Both the position numbers and the translations under genes were made by a program. Below, in pieces: positions 21,759 to 31,701 of a stretch of DNA of 64,000 bases. Source of the stretch: Thermofilaceae archaeon (lineage in GTDB: Archaea; Thermoproteota; Thermoprotei; Thermofilales; Thermofilaceae); NCBI GenBank assembly GCA_038727095.1, contig JAVYWK010000001.1:57626-121625 (forward strand), given 5' to 3'. Under the pieces are notes generated by a model, which made no database searches, was not told the DNA's origin, and saw only the letters and a list, made by a program, of their open reading frames with translations. How positions within the stretch are numbered: position 1 is the stretch's first letter; every line of letters starts with the position of its first letter.

Positions 21759-22601
21759 ATGCTTGTCATAGCGGGCTTAGGGATATACGGTTTAAGGGAT
21801 CTCACGTTGGGCACTCTCGAGTACTTAAAGCGCGCTGACGCGGTCTACGTAGAGTCTTACACTAGCTTAATCCCGGACTTCAACGTGCGAGATCTGGAGG
21901 GCCTAGTGGGAAGGAATGCGGTAGTTATTGGGCGTAACGTCATTGAAGGGGAAAAGCTCTATGAAATAATCGAGATGGCCAGGGAGAAGCTGGTAGTTCT
22001 ACTGGCCCCCGGAGACCCCTTTATTGCGACTACACACATCGTCATTAAGCTGGAAGCCATCAAGAGGGGGGTTGAGGTCCAATACCTGCCGGCACCCTCC
22101 GTAGTGAACGCGATCAGCGCAGCTACCGGTCTCGACTTCTACAAGTTCTGTCAACCTGTAACCATCGTCAGCCCGCGCCCCAGCTACTTCCCTCTGACCC
22201 CCTACTACGTCTTAATGGAGAACCTTAAGAGGGGACTACACACCCTCTTCCTTCTAGAACTTGACGTGGAGCGGGGATACGCGATGCGCGCGGAGGAGGC
22301 CGCCCAGCTACTGCGGCGCATGGAGGAGCGTGTGGGAAAGGGGATTATCGACTGCGAAGAAACCCTCTTCGTATCGGTTGCGCGAGCTTCGAGCCCCAGT
22401 CAGATCGTGAAGGCGTTCAAACTCACCTCCACGCCGGACTTTGGTCCTCCACCACATGTCCTCATAGTGCCCGGTCTACTGAATCCCGTCGAGAAGGAAG
22501 CTCTACAGCTGATAGCTGGCGCCTCCCCCCTCGATGTCGAAAAGTGGCATAGTAGGGTGAAAGCACTCATGAAAGAAAAAACGAGTTATTGCGTACAATA
22601 G
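21759..22601 (+). CDS. dph5: Diphthine synthase
   Basis: GLG, ESYTS, GDPFIATTH, GLHTLFLLE, GPPPH. Confidence 0.93.
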   Translation: MLVIAGLGIYGLRDLTLGTLEYLKRADAVYVESYTSLIPDFNVRDLEGLVGRNAVVIGRNVIEGEKLYEIIEMAREKLVVLLAPGDPFIATTHIVIKLEAIKRGVEVQYLPAPSVVNAISAATGLDFYKFCQPVTIVSPRPSYFPLTPYYVLMENLKRGLHTLFLLELDVERGYAMRAEEAAQLLRRMEERVGKGIIDCEETLFVSVARASSPSQIVKAFKLTSTPDFGPPPHVLIVPGLLNPVEKEALQLIAGASPLDVEKWHSRVKALMKEKTSYCVQ

Positions 22602-22635
22602 CGCAATAAGCTAGGCCTGTGAGGAGGGTAAGGCT

Positions 22636-23307
22636 ATGGAATCTCTTGAAAGAGCCAGAAGGTACATTGAGAACCTCCGCGCAGCTCTAGTTGACTTGGA
22701 GGAGAAGGATCTCGGAGTTGCTACGCGGGTCGTTGAGCAGGCTCGAAGCTACCTATCTGATGCGGAGTTCTACCTAGAAAAGGGGGATGCAATCACCAGC
22801 ATAGCGTGCTCGTCCTATGCTGAGGGGCTTCTTGACGCGCTGAACTTGCTTAGCGTGGCTAGAATCGAGTGGCCACGCAAGCCCAGACCGAGGGTCATCG
22901 TTGGGGGGGCCTTTGAGATTCTGCACCCTGGCCATCTACACCTCCTTCGACGGGCTAGGGAGCTGGGCAGGGTCATTGTGATCGTGGCCCGGGACTCCAC
23001 GATCCAGAAGCTGAAGGGGAGGCCACCTATAGTTCCTGAGCAGCAACGTTTGGAGGTTGTCAAGAGCATTAGATACGTTGATGAGGCCTACCTAGGTAGC
23101 GACCCCCTCGATGTTGAAGGAGTACTGCTGAAATTAAGGCCAGATGTCGTCCTACTGGGCCCTGACCAGCACTACCTGGAGAAGCTGGTTAGAGAAGCGA
23201 TCTCCCGATTGAACTTAAGCACAAACGTTATGAAGCTCGAGAATAGGGTGGGCACTGAGAGTTTCTCTAGCAGCGCGATTATCAGAAAACTTTCCGAGCA
23301 TACTTAG
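22636..23307 (+). CDS. DUF357 domain fused to FAD synthetase-like cytidylyltransferase (RibL)
   Basis: YLSDAEFY...YAEGLLDAL then GGAFEILHPGH, VARD, LGPDQ, SSS. Confidence 0.85.
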   Translation: MESLERARRYIENLRAALVDLEEKDLGVATRVVEQARSYLSDAEFYLEKGDAITSIACSSYAEGLLDALNLLSVARIEWPRKPRPRVIVGGAFEILHPGHLHLLRRARELGRVIVIVARDSTIQKLKGRPPIVPEQQRLEVVKSIRYVDEAYLGSDPLDVEGVLLKLRPDVVLLGPDQHYLEKLVREAISRLNLSTNVMKLENRVGTESFSSSAIIRKLSEHT

Positions 23308-23926
23308 TGGCAGTCTCGTGTGCCAGCCTGAGGGGCTCTGGGAGGCGAGCCCCTTTCCTTGTGAGCTTCGAGACGAGGGCAACAGCTGTGAGTAGGGAGA
23401 CCTTGTGCCCCACACTCACGTAGATGGGCTTGAATGATGTACGCAAAGCAACCCCTACGACCTTGCCTGATAAAAGGACGGGCGCTTCTCGCCCACTCCA
23501 CTCGCCAACCTCGCCGCATAGCAGCTTTTTGGCCACCCCTATCGTCGGCTTGTCTACGGCGAGGCCTACTTGGCAGGCTATCCCGGCGCCTAGAGGGTGG
23601 AGCCTTCCATTCCCATCAACTATCAGTACGTCGGGCTCCAAGTCTAGCTTGCGCAGTGCAGCTATCATAGGGCCCGCTTCCCTGAAAGCGAGAAGCGTGG
23701 GAATGTAGGGTACATGCACCTCCAGTTCGACAACGCTGCTTGTGACAAACCTGAGCGTGCGTGTATCAACTACGGCAGCAGCCGCGATCGCGCGTGGCCC
23801 AGAGTATGTGACATCAACTCCAGCAACGTACCTGACCTCGCTGGGAAGAGCATCGCTTTCTAACACCCTAGACGCTATCGCGCGTTGAGCGAACCTGGCC
23901 CTCTCTACACTAAACACCACGCCCAT
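23282..23926 (-). CDS. nfi: Endonuclease V
   Basis: AGVDV, PYIPTLLAFRE, DGNGRLHP, GVAK, SVGH, PEPLRLAH. Confidence 0.95.
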   Translation of the reverse strand: MGVVFSVERARFAQRAIASRVLESDALPSEVRYVAGVDVTYSGPRAIAAAAVVDTRTLRFVTSSVVELEVHVPYIPTLLAFREAGPMIAALRKLDLEPDVLIVDGNGRLHPLGAGIACQVGLAVDKPTIGVAKKLLCGEVGEWSGREAPVLLSGKVVGVALRTSFKPIYVSVGHKVSLLTAVALVSKLTRKGARLPEPLRLAHETATKYARKVF

Positions 23927-24566
23927 GCAGCTCGCCTAGGAGCGCCTTTACCGCTCGCTCCAGGTTGTTGCTTGTCAGGGAGTAGTGGAAGTCCCGGACC
24001 GAGCTCTCGATCAACGCTCTAAGCACGTCTATCTTGCGCCTTAAGCCTGGAACGAGAGCCTCGGGGACGGCGATTGAAACCAGTGCTCTGTAGATTTCCT
24101 CCATGAGTTTGAGCTCCCGCGCGGCGGACGCGTAGTCGCCGCTGCTGAGATGCCTCAACAGCAGCCTCCTTAGCTCCCCTGTGAAGTCCGCCAAACCCAG
24201 TAGGAAGTGAACTGGTTCAACGCGTAGAGCCTCATACCCCTGCATTTCTTCCCCTTTAAGGTAGCTGTATAGCGCGTTGGCCTCAACGTACTCAGCCAGA
24301 GCAGCCGTTACGGACCCACCGTAGTACAGCCGTGGACTCGACTCTTTAAAAGCTAGAAGCTCCTCCACTATAGCGCGCAGATGCTCCAGGAGGCTTTCGG
24401 CTGCAGCGAGATCCCCGTCGTGAAGCTTGAATATAGTCTGGCGCGAAAGCCTGACGATTTCGCGCGTGAGCGTTAGCAGCTTCTCTCGAGCTTTATCCTC
24501 GGCTTCCAGCACACCCCGAGCCCGCTCTACGGAGTCTAGCAACGCACTTACACCACGCTCCGCCAT
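23910..24566 (-). CDS. Translin/TRAX (C3PO) family protein
   Basis: RE...SR...IF.LH, EYVEA, LLGLADFTGELRR, LRRKID. Confidence 0.88.
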   Translation of the reverse strand: MAERGVSALLDSVERARGVLEAEDKAREKLLTLTREIVRLSRQTIFKLHDGDLAAAESLLEHLRAIVEELLAFKESSPRLYYGGSVTAALAEYVEANALYSYLKGEEMQGYEALRVEPVHFLLGLADFTGELRRLLLRHLSSGDYASAARELKLMEEIYRALVSIAVPEALVPGLRRKIDVLRALIESSVRDFHYSLTSNNLERAVKALLGELHGRGV

Positions 24567-24658
24567 TACCAAACGCATCGTTAAACTCGTTTTTAATCGT
24601 TTTCCACGAAGTTAAGCTCTTATCAGCACGTGAAAGAGCACCAGCAGGAGAAAGAGAG

Positions 24659-25564
24659 ATGGAGGAGTTGGAGAGGTGGCTCGCAGCTGGAGAAGCCGTC
24701 AGAGAGGCTCTTTCAAAGGCTTTCGACATGGTTAAGGAAGGGGTCAGTTTGCTGGAGTTAGCTGAGAGACTCGAAGCTGAAGTAGCACGAAGAGGGGCGC
24801 AGCCGGCCTTTCCAGCAAACATTTCGATCAATGAAGTAGCTGCACACTACTCTCCAGGCGTGGAGGATAGGACAGTCGTCCCGGAGAAAGGGGTGGTGAA
24901 GGTTGACCTCGGTGCTCACGTTGACGGGTGCATTGCTGATGCCGCAGTAACGATCGCGCTGGACCGCCGGTACGAACCTCTCGTTGACACAGCGATGCAA
25001 GCGCTGCGGGCAGCGCTTAGCGCTTTGAAGCCCTCCATTGATTTATGTGAGATAGGGTACGTCGTTGAGTCGACTGTTAGAGCGCGAGGTCTAAAGCCAA
25101 TCTCAAACCTCTCCGGGCACTCGATGCAACGGTACGTGCTTCACGCTGGGAAACACGTGCCAAACGTCCGTTCTGACCCGTGCGGAAAGGCCTCTATTGG
25201 GGAGATCTACGCGATTGAACCCTTCGTAACCGACGGGGCCGGTTTTGTTGTAGAGGAGGAGCGGGGGACGATCTATAGGTTGGTAAGCAACAAGAGCCTC
25301 GGCGAACCTTGGCTCGACCAACAATTGAGGAGATTGTGGTCCAGGTACAGGAATCTGCCTTTCTCTGAGAGATGGGTGTACGCGGAAGAAGGTCAACAGG
25401 GGCTTAAAGGCCTGATAAGGCTCATCGAGCAGCGCCGAGTTTACCGTTACCCGGTACTCGTCGAAGCGAGGAGGGGGATGGTCTCCCAGTTCGAAGATAC
25501 CGTGTTCGTGCAACACGGGAGGAACATCAATACGACGCGTGTGCTAGAGCTGGTACGCGCGTAG
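24659..25564 (+). CDS. map: Methionine aminopeptidase type II
   Basis: AAHYSP, DLGAHVDG.IAD, NLSGH, AIEPF, SQFEDT. Confidence 0.95.
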   Translation: MEELERWLAAGEAVREALSKAFDMVKEGVSLLELAERLEAEVARRGAQPAFPANISINEVAAHYSPGVEDRTVVPEKGVVKVDLGAHVDGCIADAAVTIALDRRYEPLVDTAMQALRAALSALKPSIDLCEIGYVVESTVRARGLKPISNLSGHSMQRYVLHAGKHVPNVRSDPCGKASIGEIYAIEPFVTDGAGFVVEEERGTIYRLVSNKSLGEPWLDQQLRRLWSRYRNLPFSERWVYAEEGQQGLKGLIRLIEQRRVYRYPVLVEARRGMVSQFEDTVFVQHGRNINTTRVLELVRA

Positions 25565-25573
25565 CATCCTCTT

Positions 25574-26689
25574 TCAATTACCCACGCCTAAGGTGTTGCC
25601 AACGCCCACTACAACCGCAGTTCCCCCCGGCTGGACATGCTCGAGTATTAACGCTTTAACGCGATCCCTAGCCTTAAGGCATGCGTTATAGAGGTCCTTG
25701 CTCATGGGCATCATGGCCTCCTCAGCCGACATCTTGATCAGGAGAGCGTAAGACTTCAACCCGTACTCCGCTAGAACCTCCTCGATCTCATACTTTTCAG
25801 CTCCCGTACCACCGATAGCGACCCCGAAACCTTCGACTATGGATCCACTAACCTCGCCTTCCAGCTTTACCATAGCGTCAATCGTCACGACGAATGACAC
25901 GTGATCACCCCACATAATTAACGCCCGTCTGAGGGCTTCATCAATCCTCCCCACGTTGCTGCCGGGACCGTCCGCTTTGATCAGGATGATTCTTCTACCA
26001 TCGAGATCCGCTAGATAGACCCTCGTATCGGGAACTCTTATGTCAATGTACTCGGCCTTAAGCTCCCTAGCTAAGGTGGATAGGACAAGGGGTCCGACGG
26101 AATCGCCTATGGGCACCTGCCTTAGCAAAGCTTCGAGTGCACCTTCGTAAGACTTCACGGTTTCAGCTATGAATGGCAGCAGGGCTTGGAGCTGAAGGAG
26201 CAGCCAGTAGCTCTTGAACCTTCTTGCTAACGTATAGTCGTGGTTGAGCGCCTTGTAAAGGAAATTCAGGCTCCTGGCAACGTGCACCAGTGAAGCGAGA
26301 GTATCTACGTCGCTCTTCTCGGCGTTTGGCGCGATCCTCCTTATCTCCCCTTCGAGGGATTTATCCACATTTAGCATCATGTACTTAACCTTCTTCACCA
26401 CAGCGAAGGGATCCATGCTCTCAACCGGTATCACAACTAGCTCGATCAACTCGTTCACCCTCGACTCCAGCTCGCTCAAGTTTACGCGCAACTTCATCTT
26501 CGATACCAGCTCCCCAAGTTTCCTGACCACAGAGGAAGCAGCCTTGTCCCGAGACGCCTTGAAAAGCCTCAAGTGTAGCTCGATCTCACTCGATATACGG
26601 TAAACCTCAAGCTCCCTGGAGATGTAAGATAGGAGCATCAGCACCGCTATGAACGTTATAAAGTCAACAGCGCCTCCGCCATACATCAT
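25574..26689 (-). CDS. DUF1512 family protein
   Basis: PIGDSVGPLV, KADGPG, IDAMVKLEGE.SG, GVGNTLGV. Confidence 0.82.
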   Translation of the reverse strand: MMYGGGAVDFITFIAVLMLLSYISRELEVYRISSEIELHLRLFKASRDKAASSVVRKLGELVSKMKLRVNLSELESRVNELIELVVIPVESMDPFAVVKKVKYMMLNVDKSLEGEIRRIAPNAEKSDVDTLASLVHVARSLNFLYKALNHDYTLARRFKSYWLLLQLQALLPFIAETVKSYEGALEALLRQVPIGDSVGPLVLSTLARELKAEYIDIRVPDTRVYLADLDGRRIILIKADGPGSNVGRIDEALRRALIMWGDHVSFVVTIDAMVKLEGEVSGSIVEGFGVAIGGTGAEKYEIEEVLAEYGLKSYALLIKMSAEEAMMPMSKDLYNACLKARDRVKALILEHVQPGGTAVVVGVGNTLGVGN

Positions 26690-26703
26690 CCAGGACTCCT
26701 CGC

Positions 26704-27171
26704 ATGGCTTTTAAGCCATACTCTAAAGCAGTTGCCGTGGCTGGCGGTTTCGCGCATTTACCACATACTGCAGACGTGCTGATCGAAGCTTGGGGCAGCA
26801 CGCTAGAGGAAGCGTTCGAGTACGCCGCCTTGGGCGTGCTCGAAGTGATGACAGACACTTCGAAAGTCCAACCAAAGGTAGAGGTAACAATCATAGCCAG
26901 AGGGATTGACCTAGAAGCTCTTCTCTACGACTGGATCGAGCAGCTGATAGTTGTTTTCGATACAAGACACCTGCTGCTCTCCCAATTCAAAGTCCTGGAG
27001 ATCAGCAGAGATCAGGACGGGGTGTTCCATCTATGCGCGAGAGCATGGGGGGAGGAGTACGACCCGGAGCGGCATGAATCTAGGACGCTCGTCAAGGCCA
27101 TGACATACCACTCCATGGAGATCGTTCAAGGGCCTGAGCGTACTACGCTGCGCTTCGTAGTTGATATTTAA
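26704..27171 (+). CDS. Archease
   Basis: HTADV, KAMTYH, FVVDI C-terminus. Confidence 0.93.
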   Translation: MAFKPYSKAVAVAGGFAHLPHTADVLIEAWGSTLEEAFEYAALGVLEVMTDTSKVQPKVEVTIIARGIDLEALLYDWIEQLIVVFDTRHLLLSQFKVLEISRDQDGVFHLCARAWGEEYDPERHESRTLVKAMTYHSMEIVQGPERTTLRFVVDI

Positions 27172-27180
27172 GCATGGTTT

Positions 27181-27579
27181 CTATAGCACGAAGAGAAGCT
27201 CCTCCAACAGCAGGCGAGGTATAGTGTGCCTACCGTGTTTCTCGAAGCGCACCGCCCCATAGCGCTGCAGGAACTTCAGGTCGGTGTAGACGTTGGAGGG
27301 CGAGCGCCCCAGCACCCTCGCTATCTCACTTACGCTCAGTTCCCTTCCCTGCTTCAAGAGGGCTAGTAGCTCGCACATCCGTTCTGAAAGGATTCGACGC
27401 GCCACTTTGATCGGAACCTCTTCTTCCTCCATATACCCCAGTTCACCTTCTTCTTCGTAGTACATCAAGTGCTCGCTTAGCAGGCGTTTGAGATCCTCAT
27501 GCCTACCGTGAACCTCAAGCTCAGCCACTCTACTAAGGAGCTCTTCTGGAGTTACCCTCCTGATTATGTATGCTTTCAC
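27181..27579 (-). CDS. Winged-helix DNA-binding protein (ArsR/HVO_A0114-like)
   Basis: LSVSEIARVLGRSPSNVYTDLKFL...G HTH. Confidence 0.8.
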   Translation of the reverse strand: MKAYIIRRVTPEELLSRVAELEVHGRHEDLKRLLSEHLMYYEEEGELGYMEEEEVPIKVARRILSERMCELLALLKQGRELSVSEIARVLGRSPSNVYTDLKFLQRYGAVRFEKHGRHTIPRLLLEELLFVL

Positions 27580-27600
27580 AATTACATATATGATAAAAGA

Positions 27601-27616
27601 ATAAAAAGCTTTTTAT
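27601..27616. promoter_or_regulatory. Perfect 16-bp palindrome overlapping divergent TATA elements
   Basis: ATAAAAAGCTTTTTAT is its own reverse complement and lies between the HTH and rtcB starts. Confidence 0.6.
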
Positions 27617-27639
27617 GCTTTGATCAACAGGAAACGGCG

Positions 27640-29085
27640 ATGGTCACCCTTAAAAAAATCGAGGATGTCGTCTGGGAGATACCTCAGACTTACAAGCGCG
27701 GGATGAGAGTACCAGCCCGCGTCTTCGCCGACGAGTACCTGCTGCAGAAGATGCAAATGGATCTGACTCTGGAGCAAGCTGCTAATGTCTCCATCCTACC
27801 TGGCATCTATAAATACTCCATTGTTCTGCCCGATGGGCATCAGGGTTACGGCTTCCCCATCGGAGGGGTAGCTGCTTTCGATTACAATGAGGGAGTACTG
27901 AGCCCGGGCGGCGTCGGATACGATATTAACTGCGGCGTCAGAATCCTTAGGACAAACCTCCGCTACGAGGACTTGAAGGATAAGCTGCGAGAGCTCTCTG
28001 ACTTGCTCTTTAGGTATATCCCTTCAGGCTTAGGTAGTAGAGGCCGTGTGAGCCTTAGTAAGGTGGAGCTGGATAGAGTACTCGCGGACGGGGTTCTCTG
28101 GGCCGTGGGCAAAGGGTACGGCTGGTCTGAGGATCCAGAGTACATCGAAGAGAGAGGGGCTATGGAGGGGGCTGACCCCTCAAAGGTGTCTGATGTTGCG
28201 AAAGAGAGGGGTAGGGAGCAGCTCGGGACTTTAGGTAGCGGTAACCATTTCTTGGAGATCCAGGTCGTCGATAGGATCTACGACCCGAAAGCCGCGGCTA
28301 CTATGGGCATCGAGGAGGTCGGGCAGATAGCAGTCATGATTCACACGGGGTCCAGGGGGCTCGGCCACCAAGTTTGCAGCGACTACCTTAGAGTGATGGA
28401 AGTGGCCGTCAGAAGGTACAACATGCCGCTCCCCGATCGTGAGCTCGTTTCCGTGCCCGCGACCAGTAGGGAAGCGGAGGATTACTTTGCCGCTATGAAA
28501 GCGGCAGCCAACTTCGCTTGGGCTAACAGGCAGTTAATCACGCACTGGGTGAGAGAAGTCTTCTCTCAAGTTTTCAGGAAATCTGCAGACGAGCTTGATC
28601 TCCACATAGTGTACGATGTTGCGCACAACATCGCTAAACTGGAGGAGCACGTTGTAGATGGTGCGAGAAGGAAGGTTTACGTGCATAGGAAGGGTGCTAC
28701 TAGGGCTTTCCCGCCTGGACACCCCTTGGTCCCGCGCAAGTATCAAAGCATCGGGCAACCAGTCCTAATACCCGGCTCAATGGGTACAGCATCTTACATC
28801 TTAGTTGGCACACAGAAGGCAATGGAGATAACCTTCGGGTCAGCGCCCCACGGAGCTGGACGAGTGCTCAGCCGCGAGGAGGCTAAACGTAGGTATAGGG
28901 GTAGCGAGATAAGGGATCGACTTGAAAACAGGGGCATCGTTGTTCGCGCAGCTAGCATGGCCGTCGTAGCGGAGGAGGCGCCTGACGCGTATAAAGATGT
29001 GGACAGGGTTGCTAATGTGGCTGATAGAGCTGGGATGGCAAAGAAGGTTGTTCGGCTGGTACCGATAGCCGTAGTGAAAGGGTAG
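27640..29085 (+). CDS. rtcB: RNA-splicing ligase RtcB
   Basis: PDGHQGYGFPIG, GYDINCG, GSGNHFLE, HTGSRG, HNIAK, HRKGAT, HGAGR. Confidence 0.97.
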   Translation: MVTLKKIEDVVWEIPQTYKRGMRVPARVFADEYLLQKMQMDLTLEQAANVSILPGIYKYSIVLPDGHQGYGFPIGGVAAFDYNEGVLSPGGVGYDINCGVRILRTNLRYEDLKDKLRELSDLLFRYIPSGLGSRGRVSLSKVELDRVLADGVLWAVGKGYGWSEDPEYIEERGAMEGADPSKVSDVAKERGREQLGTLGSGNHFLEIQVVDRIYDPKAAATMGIEEVGQIAVMIHTGSRGLGHQVCSDYLRVMEVAVRRYNMPLPDRELVSVPATSREAEDYFAAMKAAANFAWANRQLITHWVREVFSQVFRKSADELDLHIVYDVAHNIAKLEEHVVDGARRKVYVHRKGATRAFPPGHPLVPRKYQSIGQPVLIPGSMGTASYILVGTQKAMEITFGSAPHGAGRVLSREEAKRRYRGSEIRDRLENRGIVVRAASMAVVAEEAPDAYKDVDRVANVADRAGMAKKVVRLVPIAVVKG

Positions 29086-29090
29086 TTCTC

Positions 29091-29687
29091 CTACCTGGCC
29101 GCCAGAGCTATTCTTTCTATCTCCTCTTTCCTCCTTAATGCGTAGCTGCCAGCCTCGCCGTATGCAGCCGCGATAATCTCATCGGCAAGACACTCCTCAA
29201 TCGGCTTGGGGTTGTTAAAGGCTGCGAGCCTAGCTCCTTCGCAGATGTGGCGGAGCGCTAGATCTACGCGCCTCTGGGGCGAAACGTCCACGGATACGTG
29301 ATAGAGAATTCCACCGTAAACAACTCGAGTCGTCTCCTCCCTGGGAGAGGCGTTCTCTATCGCCCATACGAGAACTTGGATCGGGTTCTGACCCGTCTTC
29401 ACCTCTACAATCTCCAAAGCCTTCTTAACGATGTTCGTAGCCAGAAACTTCTTTCCAGCGTTCCTTCCCGGCCTCATGACCACGTTAATCATGCGTTCGA
29501 TTATTGAGACATTGGCCTTAGCAAAGCGTTTCTTGGCGTGCAACCCACTTGAATGAGGTGCAAGCACTGGCTTGAGACACACGTAGGGCTCTAAACTCCT
29601 ATCCCTGACCTTCACCTCCTCTAAGTCCCACTTACCGAACACCAGTATTTTCCTCCCGTCTAGCGCTCTAAGGGCACTACCAGACAT
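29091..29687 (-). CDS. rps7: 30S ribosomal protein S7
   Basis: [29 protein letters not shown]. Confidence 0.96.
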   Translation of the reverse strand: MSGSALRALDGRKILVFGKWDLEEVKVRDRSLEPYVCLKPVLAPHSSGLHAKKRFAKANVSIIERMINVVMRPGRNAGKKFLATNIVKKALEIVEVKTGQNPIQVLVWAIENASPREETTRVVYGGILYHVSVDVSPQRRVDLALRHICEGARLAAFNNPKPIEECLADEIIAAAYGEAGSYALRRKEEIERIALAAR

Positions 29688-29920
29688 GCACTGAGCGCGC
29701 ACAAGCAGACTTTTTTAGCTTTGCGCAAGAGTCGGAGAATGCATTTATGCCGCTCATTTGATGCTTAACCTCTGAGTTACACCTGGCATAGCTAGTTCTG
29801 ACGCCTATTCATCGTCCGATTCTCCTGCTTCAGTTACCTTCGAGAAAAGCACTACAGGCGTACGATCATGAGGCACATCCTTACACGTGGCTGGCACATT
29901 AATGGAGAAACGCTACATGA

Positions 29921-30011
29921 TGGGCCCGCCGGGATTCGAACCCGGGACCTCCCGCGCTCTAAGCCGCACGGGCTCGTCAGGCGGGCATCCTAGCCGCTAG
30001 ACCACGGGCCC
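29921..30011 (-). tRNA. tRNA-Val(GAC) with an 18-nt canonical intron (29957-29974), CCA not encoded
   Basis: GGGCCCG acceptor, CCCGC-CTGACG|C-GCGGG, BHB helix CTGA/TTAG. Confidence 0.9.
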
Positions 30012-30096
30012 TTTGAAGGGATTTCAGCGGGGCATTATATTGTTTGCCTCACAACCATTACGATAAGCTTTTAGCAGTTATTGTGCCTATGAGTAC

Positions 30097-30154
30097 GGCA
30101 GATGAAGAGCCTGACCTGCACTGAGATGTGAAGAAATGCACCTCATCTGATGCC
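30097..30154 (+). ncRNA. C/D-box guide sRNA targeting 16S rRNA
   Basis: GGCA stem, C ATGAAGA, guide GCCTGACCTGCA, D' CTGA, C' GTGAAGA, guide AATGCACCTCAT, D CTGA, TGCC stem. Confidence 0.85.
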
Positions 30155-30266
30155 CAGCGTTTAGAGCTCCGTCTAGTTTAAGGCGGAAGGGGTACACATC
30201 GTAGTTGAGGGACGTGACATAATCATAACTCTAAACAGAACTAAAATTAATATTTTAGTAAAATAA

Positions 30267-31469
30267 TTATTGTAATTTTATGATATCATCTAAAGTTTTT
30301 AGAATAAGCCCATCGGGGATTCGTAAGACATCTCCTATTCGTGCACCTATGAGAGCCTTTACTCCCTTAGCTGCCGATGTATCTATTAAACGCTGTGTAA
30401 TTATGCCGTCGAAAACAACGTAGGACGCATTTTCTGTTTCTCCGATCTCTTTCACTAGGTCTCTGACGGGGATCCGTTTGATAAACTTCCATTCGGGATC
30501 GTAAAGTATGGCTTCAAGTGTACCCCGAAGCTCTTTCGCCTCACTTACTACGTGTGGGGGAAGTTGAAATTCCTCAACTGCTCGCGGCTGCACGAGAGCT
30601 TGCTCAACCTTAGCTGCACTTACCTCCTCCGTTTTTTCAACCGGCTTTATTGATTCGAGAAACTCTTTAACACTCATCTTATTTTTTAAGGCCTTAGCAA
30701 TCTCTTTTCCCGCTAATTCCTCCACCTCTCTTCCCGGTGGCGCGCGAGCAATCGATTCGATATTTACCGCGCTGATAACGTTTCGAGCAATTAGTTCACC
30801 ACCTCTATCACCATCTACAAAGAGGATCAGTTTCTTCTTTTTCGCAAGCTCTGCGATGGTTTTAGGTATCGTGGCCCCGCCCAATGCTATGACATTTTTA
30901 TACCCGTGTTTGAGCAGATTAATGACATCAGCCCTACCCTCTACAACTATGACGGTGTCCGAGGTATCGATTTCGGGGCCTGCGGGGAGCCCCTCCGGCC
31001 CGTAATGCACTATCTCTGCGATTTTTAACGACTCTGCTATCTCCTCGATGAGCTCCCTACTTTCCGGAGCTTCTTCCTCCATCGTTCGTAAAAGCTCCTT
31101 CGCTCTCTCAACTATACGCTTGCGCTTCTCAGCACGAATATCCTCAATCCGGATAACCTCAACCTTGGCTGCGTAAGGCCCCACTCTATCGATCGTTTCG
31201 AGGGCAGCTGCTATAAGAGCGGTCTCAATCTTGCTCAAGTTAGACGGCACTTTCACTATACCTCGCATCTTGTTATCGGCTTTACTGGTTGTCACCTCAA
31301 TCCTACCTATTCGACCGTTGTTCTGCAATTCCCTCAGATCCAAATCTGAGCCTAGTAAACCCTCCGTCTGTCCGAATAGAGCTCCTATGATGTCTGATTT
31401 GTCGACTAGCCCCTCCACCTCCATCTTCGCGTGAATCACGTACTTGGCGTTGACTGGTACACCAACCAC
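30267..31469 (-). CDS. dnaG: Archaeal DnaG-like protein (exosome-associated)
   Basis: GALFGQTEGLLG, GRIGRI, VVEGRADV, DGDRGG TOPRIM. Confidence 0.95.
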   Translation of the reverse strand: MVGVPVNAKYVIHAKMEVEGLVDKSDIIGALFGQTEGLLGSDLDLRELQNNGRIGRIEVTTSKADNKMRGIVKVPSNLSKIETALIAAALETIDRVGPYAAKVEVIRIEDIRAEKRKRIVERAKELLRTMEEEAPESRELIEEIAESLKIAEIVHYGPEGLPAGPEIDTSDTVIVVEGRADVINLLKHGYKNVIALGGATIPKTIAELAKKKKLILFVDGDRGGELIARNVISAVNIESIARAPPGREVEELAGKEIAKALKNKMSVKEFLESIKPVEKTEEVSAAKVEQALVQPRAVEEFQLPPHVVSEAKELRGTLEAILYDPEWKFIKRIPVRDLVKEIGETENASYVVFDGIITQRLIDTSAAKGVKALIGARIGDVLRIPDGLILKTLDDIIKLQ

Positions 31470-31598
31470 ATTTATCCACCCTACTGAAGCTTGACTTTAC
31501 TAAGCTTTTATACGGTTTGCTGCCGCCCACAAGCCGTATTTAATCATCTCTTCAGCAAAAGTCCTAGGAACCAAGGATCGGCCTACTAGACCCGAGCA

Positions 31599-31701
31599 GC
31601 GGGGCACTGTAGCCGCCCGTTAACACGCAGGTTCATAGCTTCGACGGTACAACGTCGGCCCTCCATACGCTCTCTGAGCGGGCGGCCTGAGCGTGCCCCG
31701 C
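31599..31701 (+). ncRNA. Candidate structured non-coding RNA of unknown class
   Basis: Nested helices GCGGGGCAC/GTGCCCCGC, GCCGCCCG/CGGGCGGC and TCGACG/CGTCGG in a GC-rich intergenic stretch. Confidence 0.5.

Noticed and set aside
29091-29687. rps7 isolated from rps12, and rpl24e separated from rps28e/rpl7ae
   Set aside because: Fragmented ribosomal operons are ordinary in this lineage
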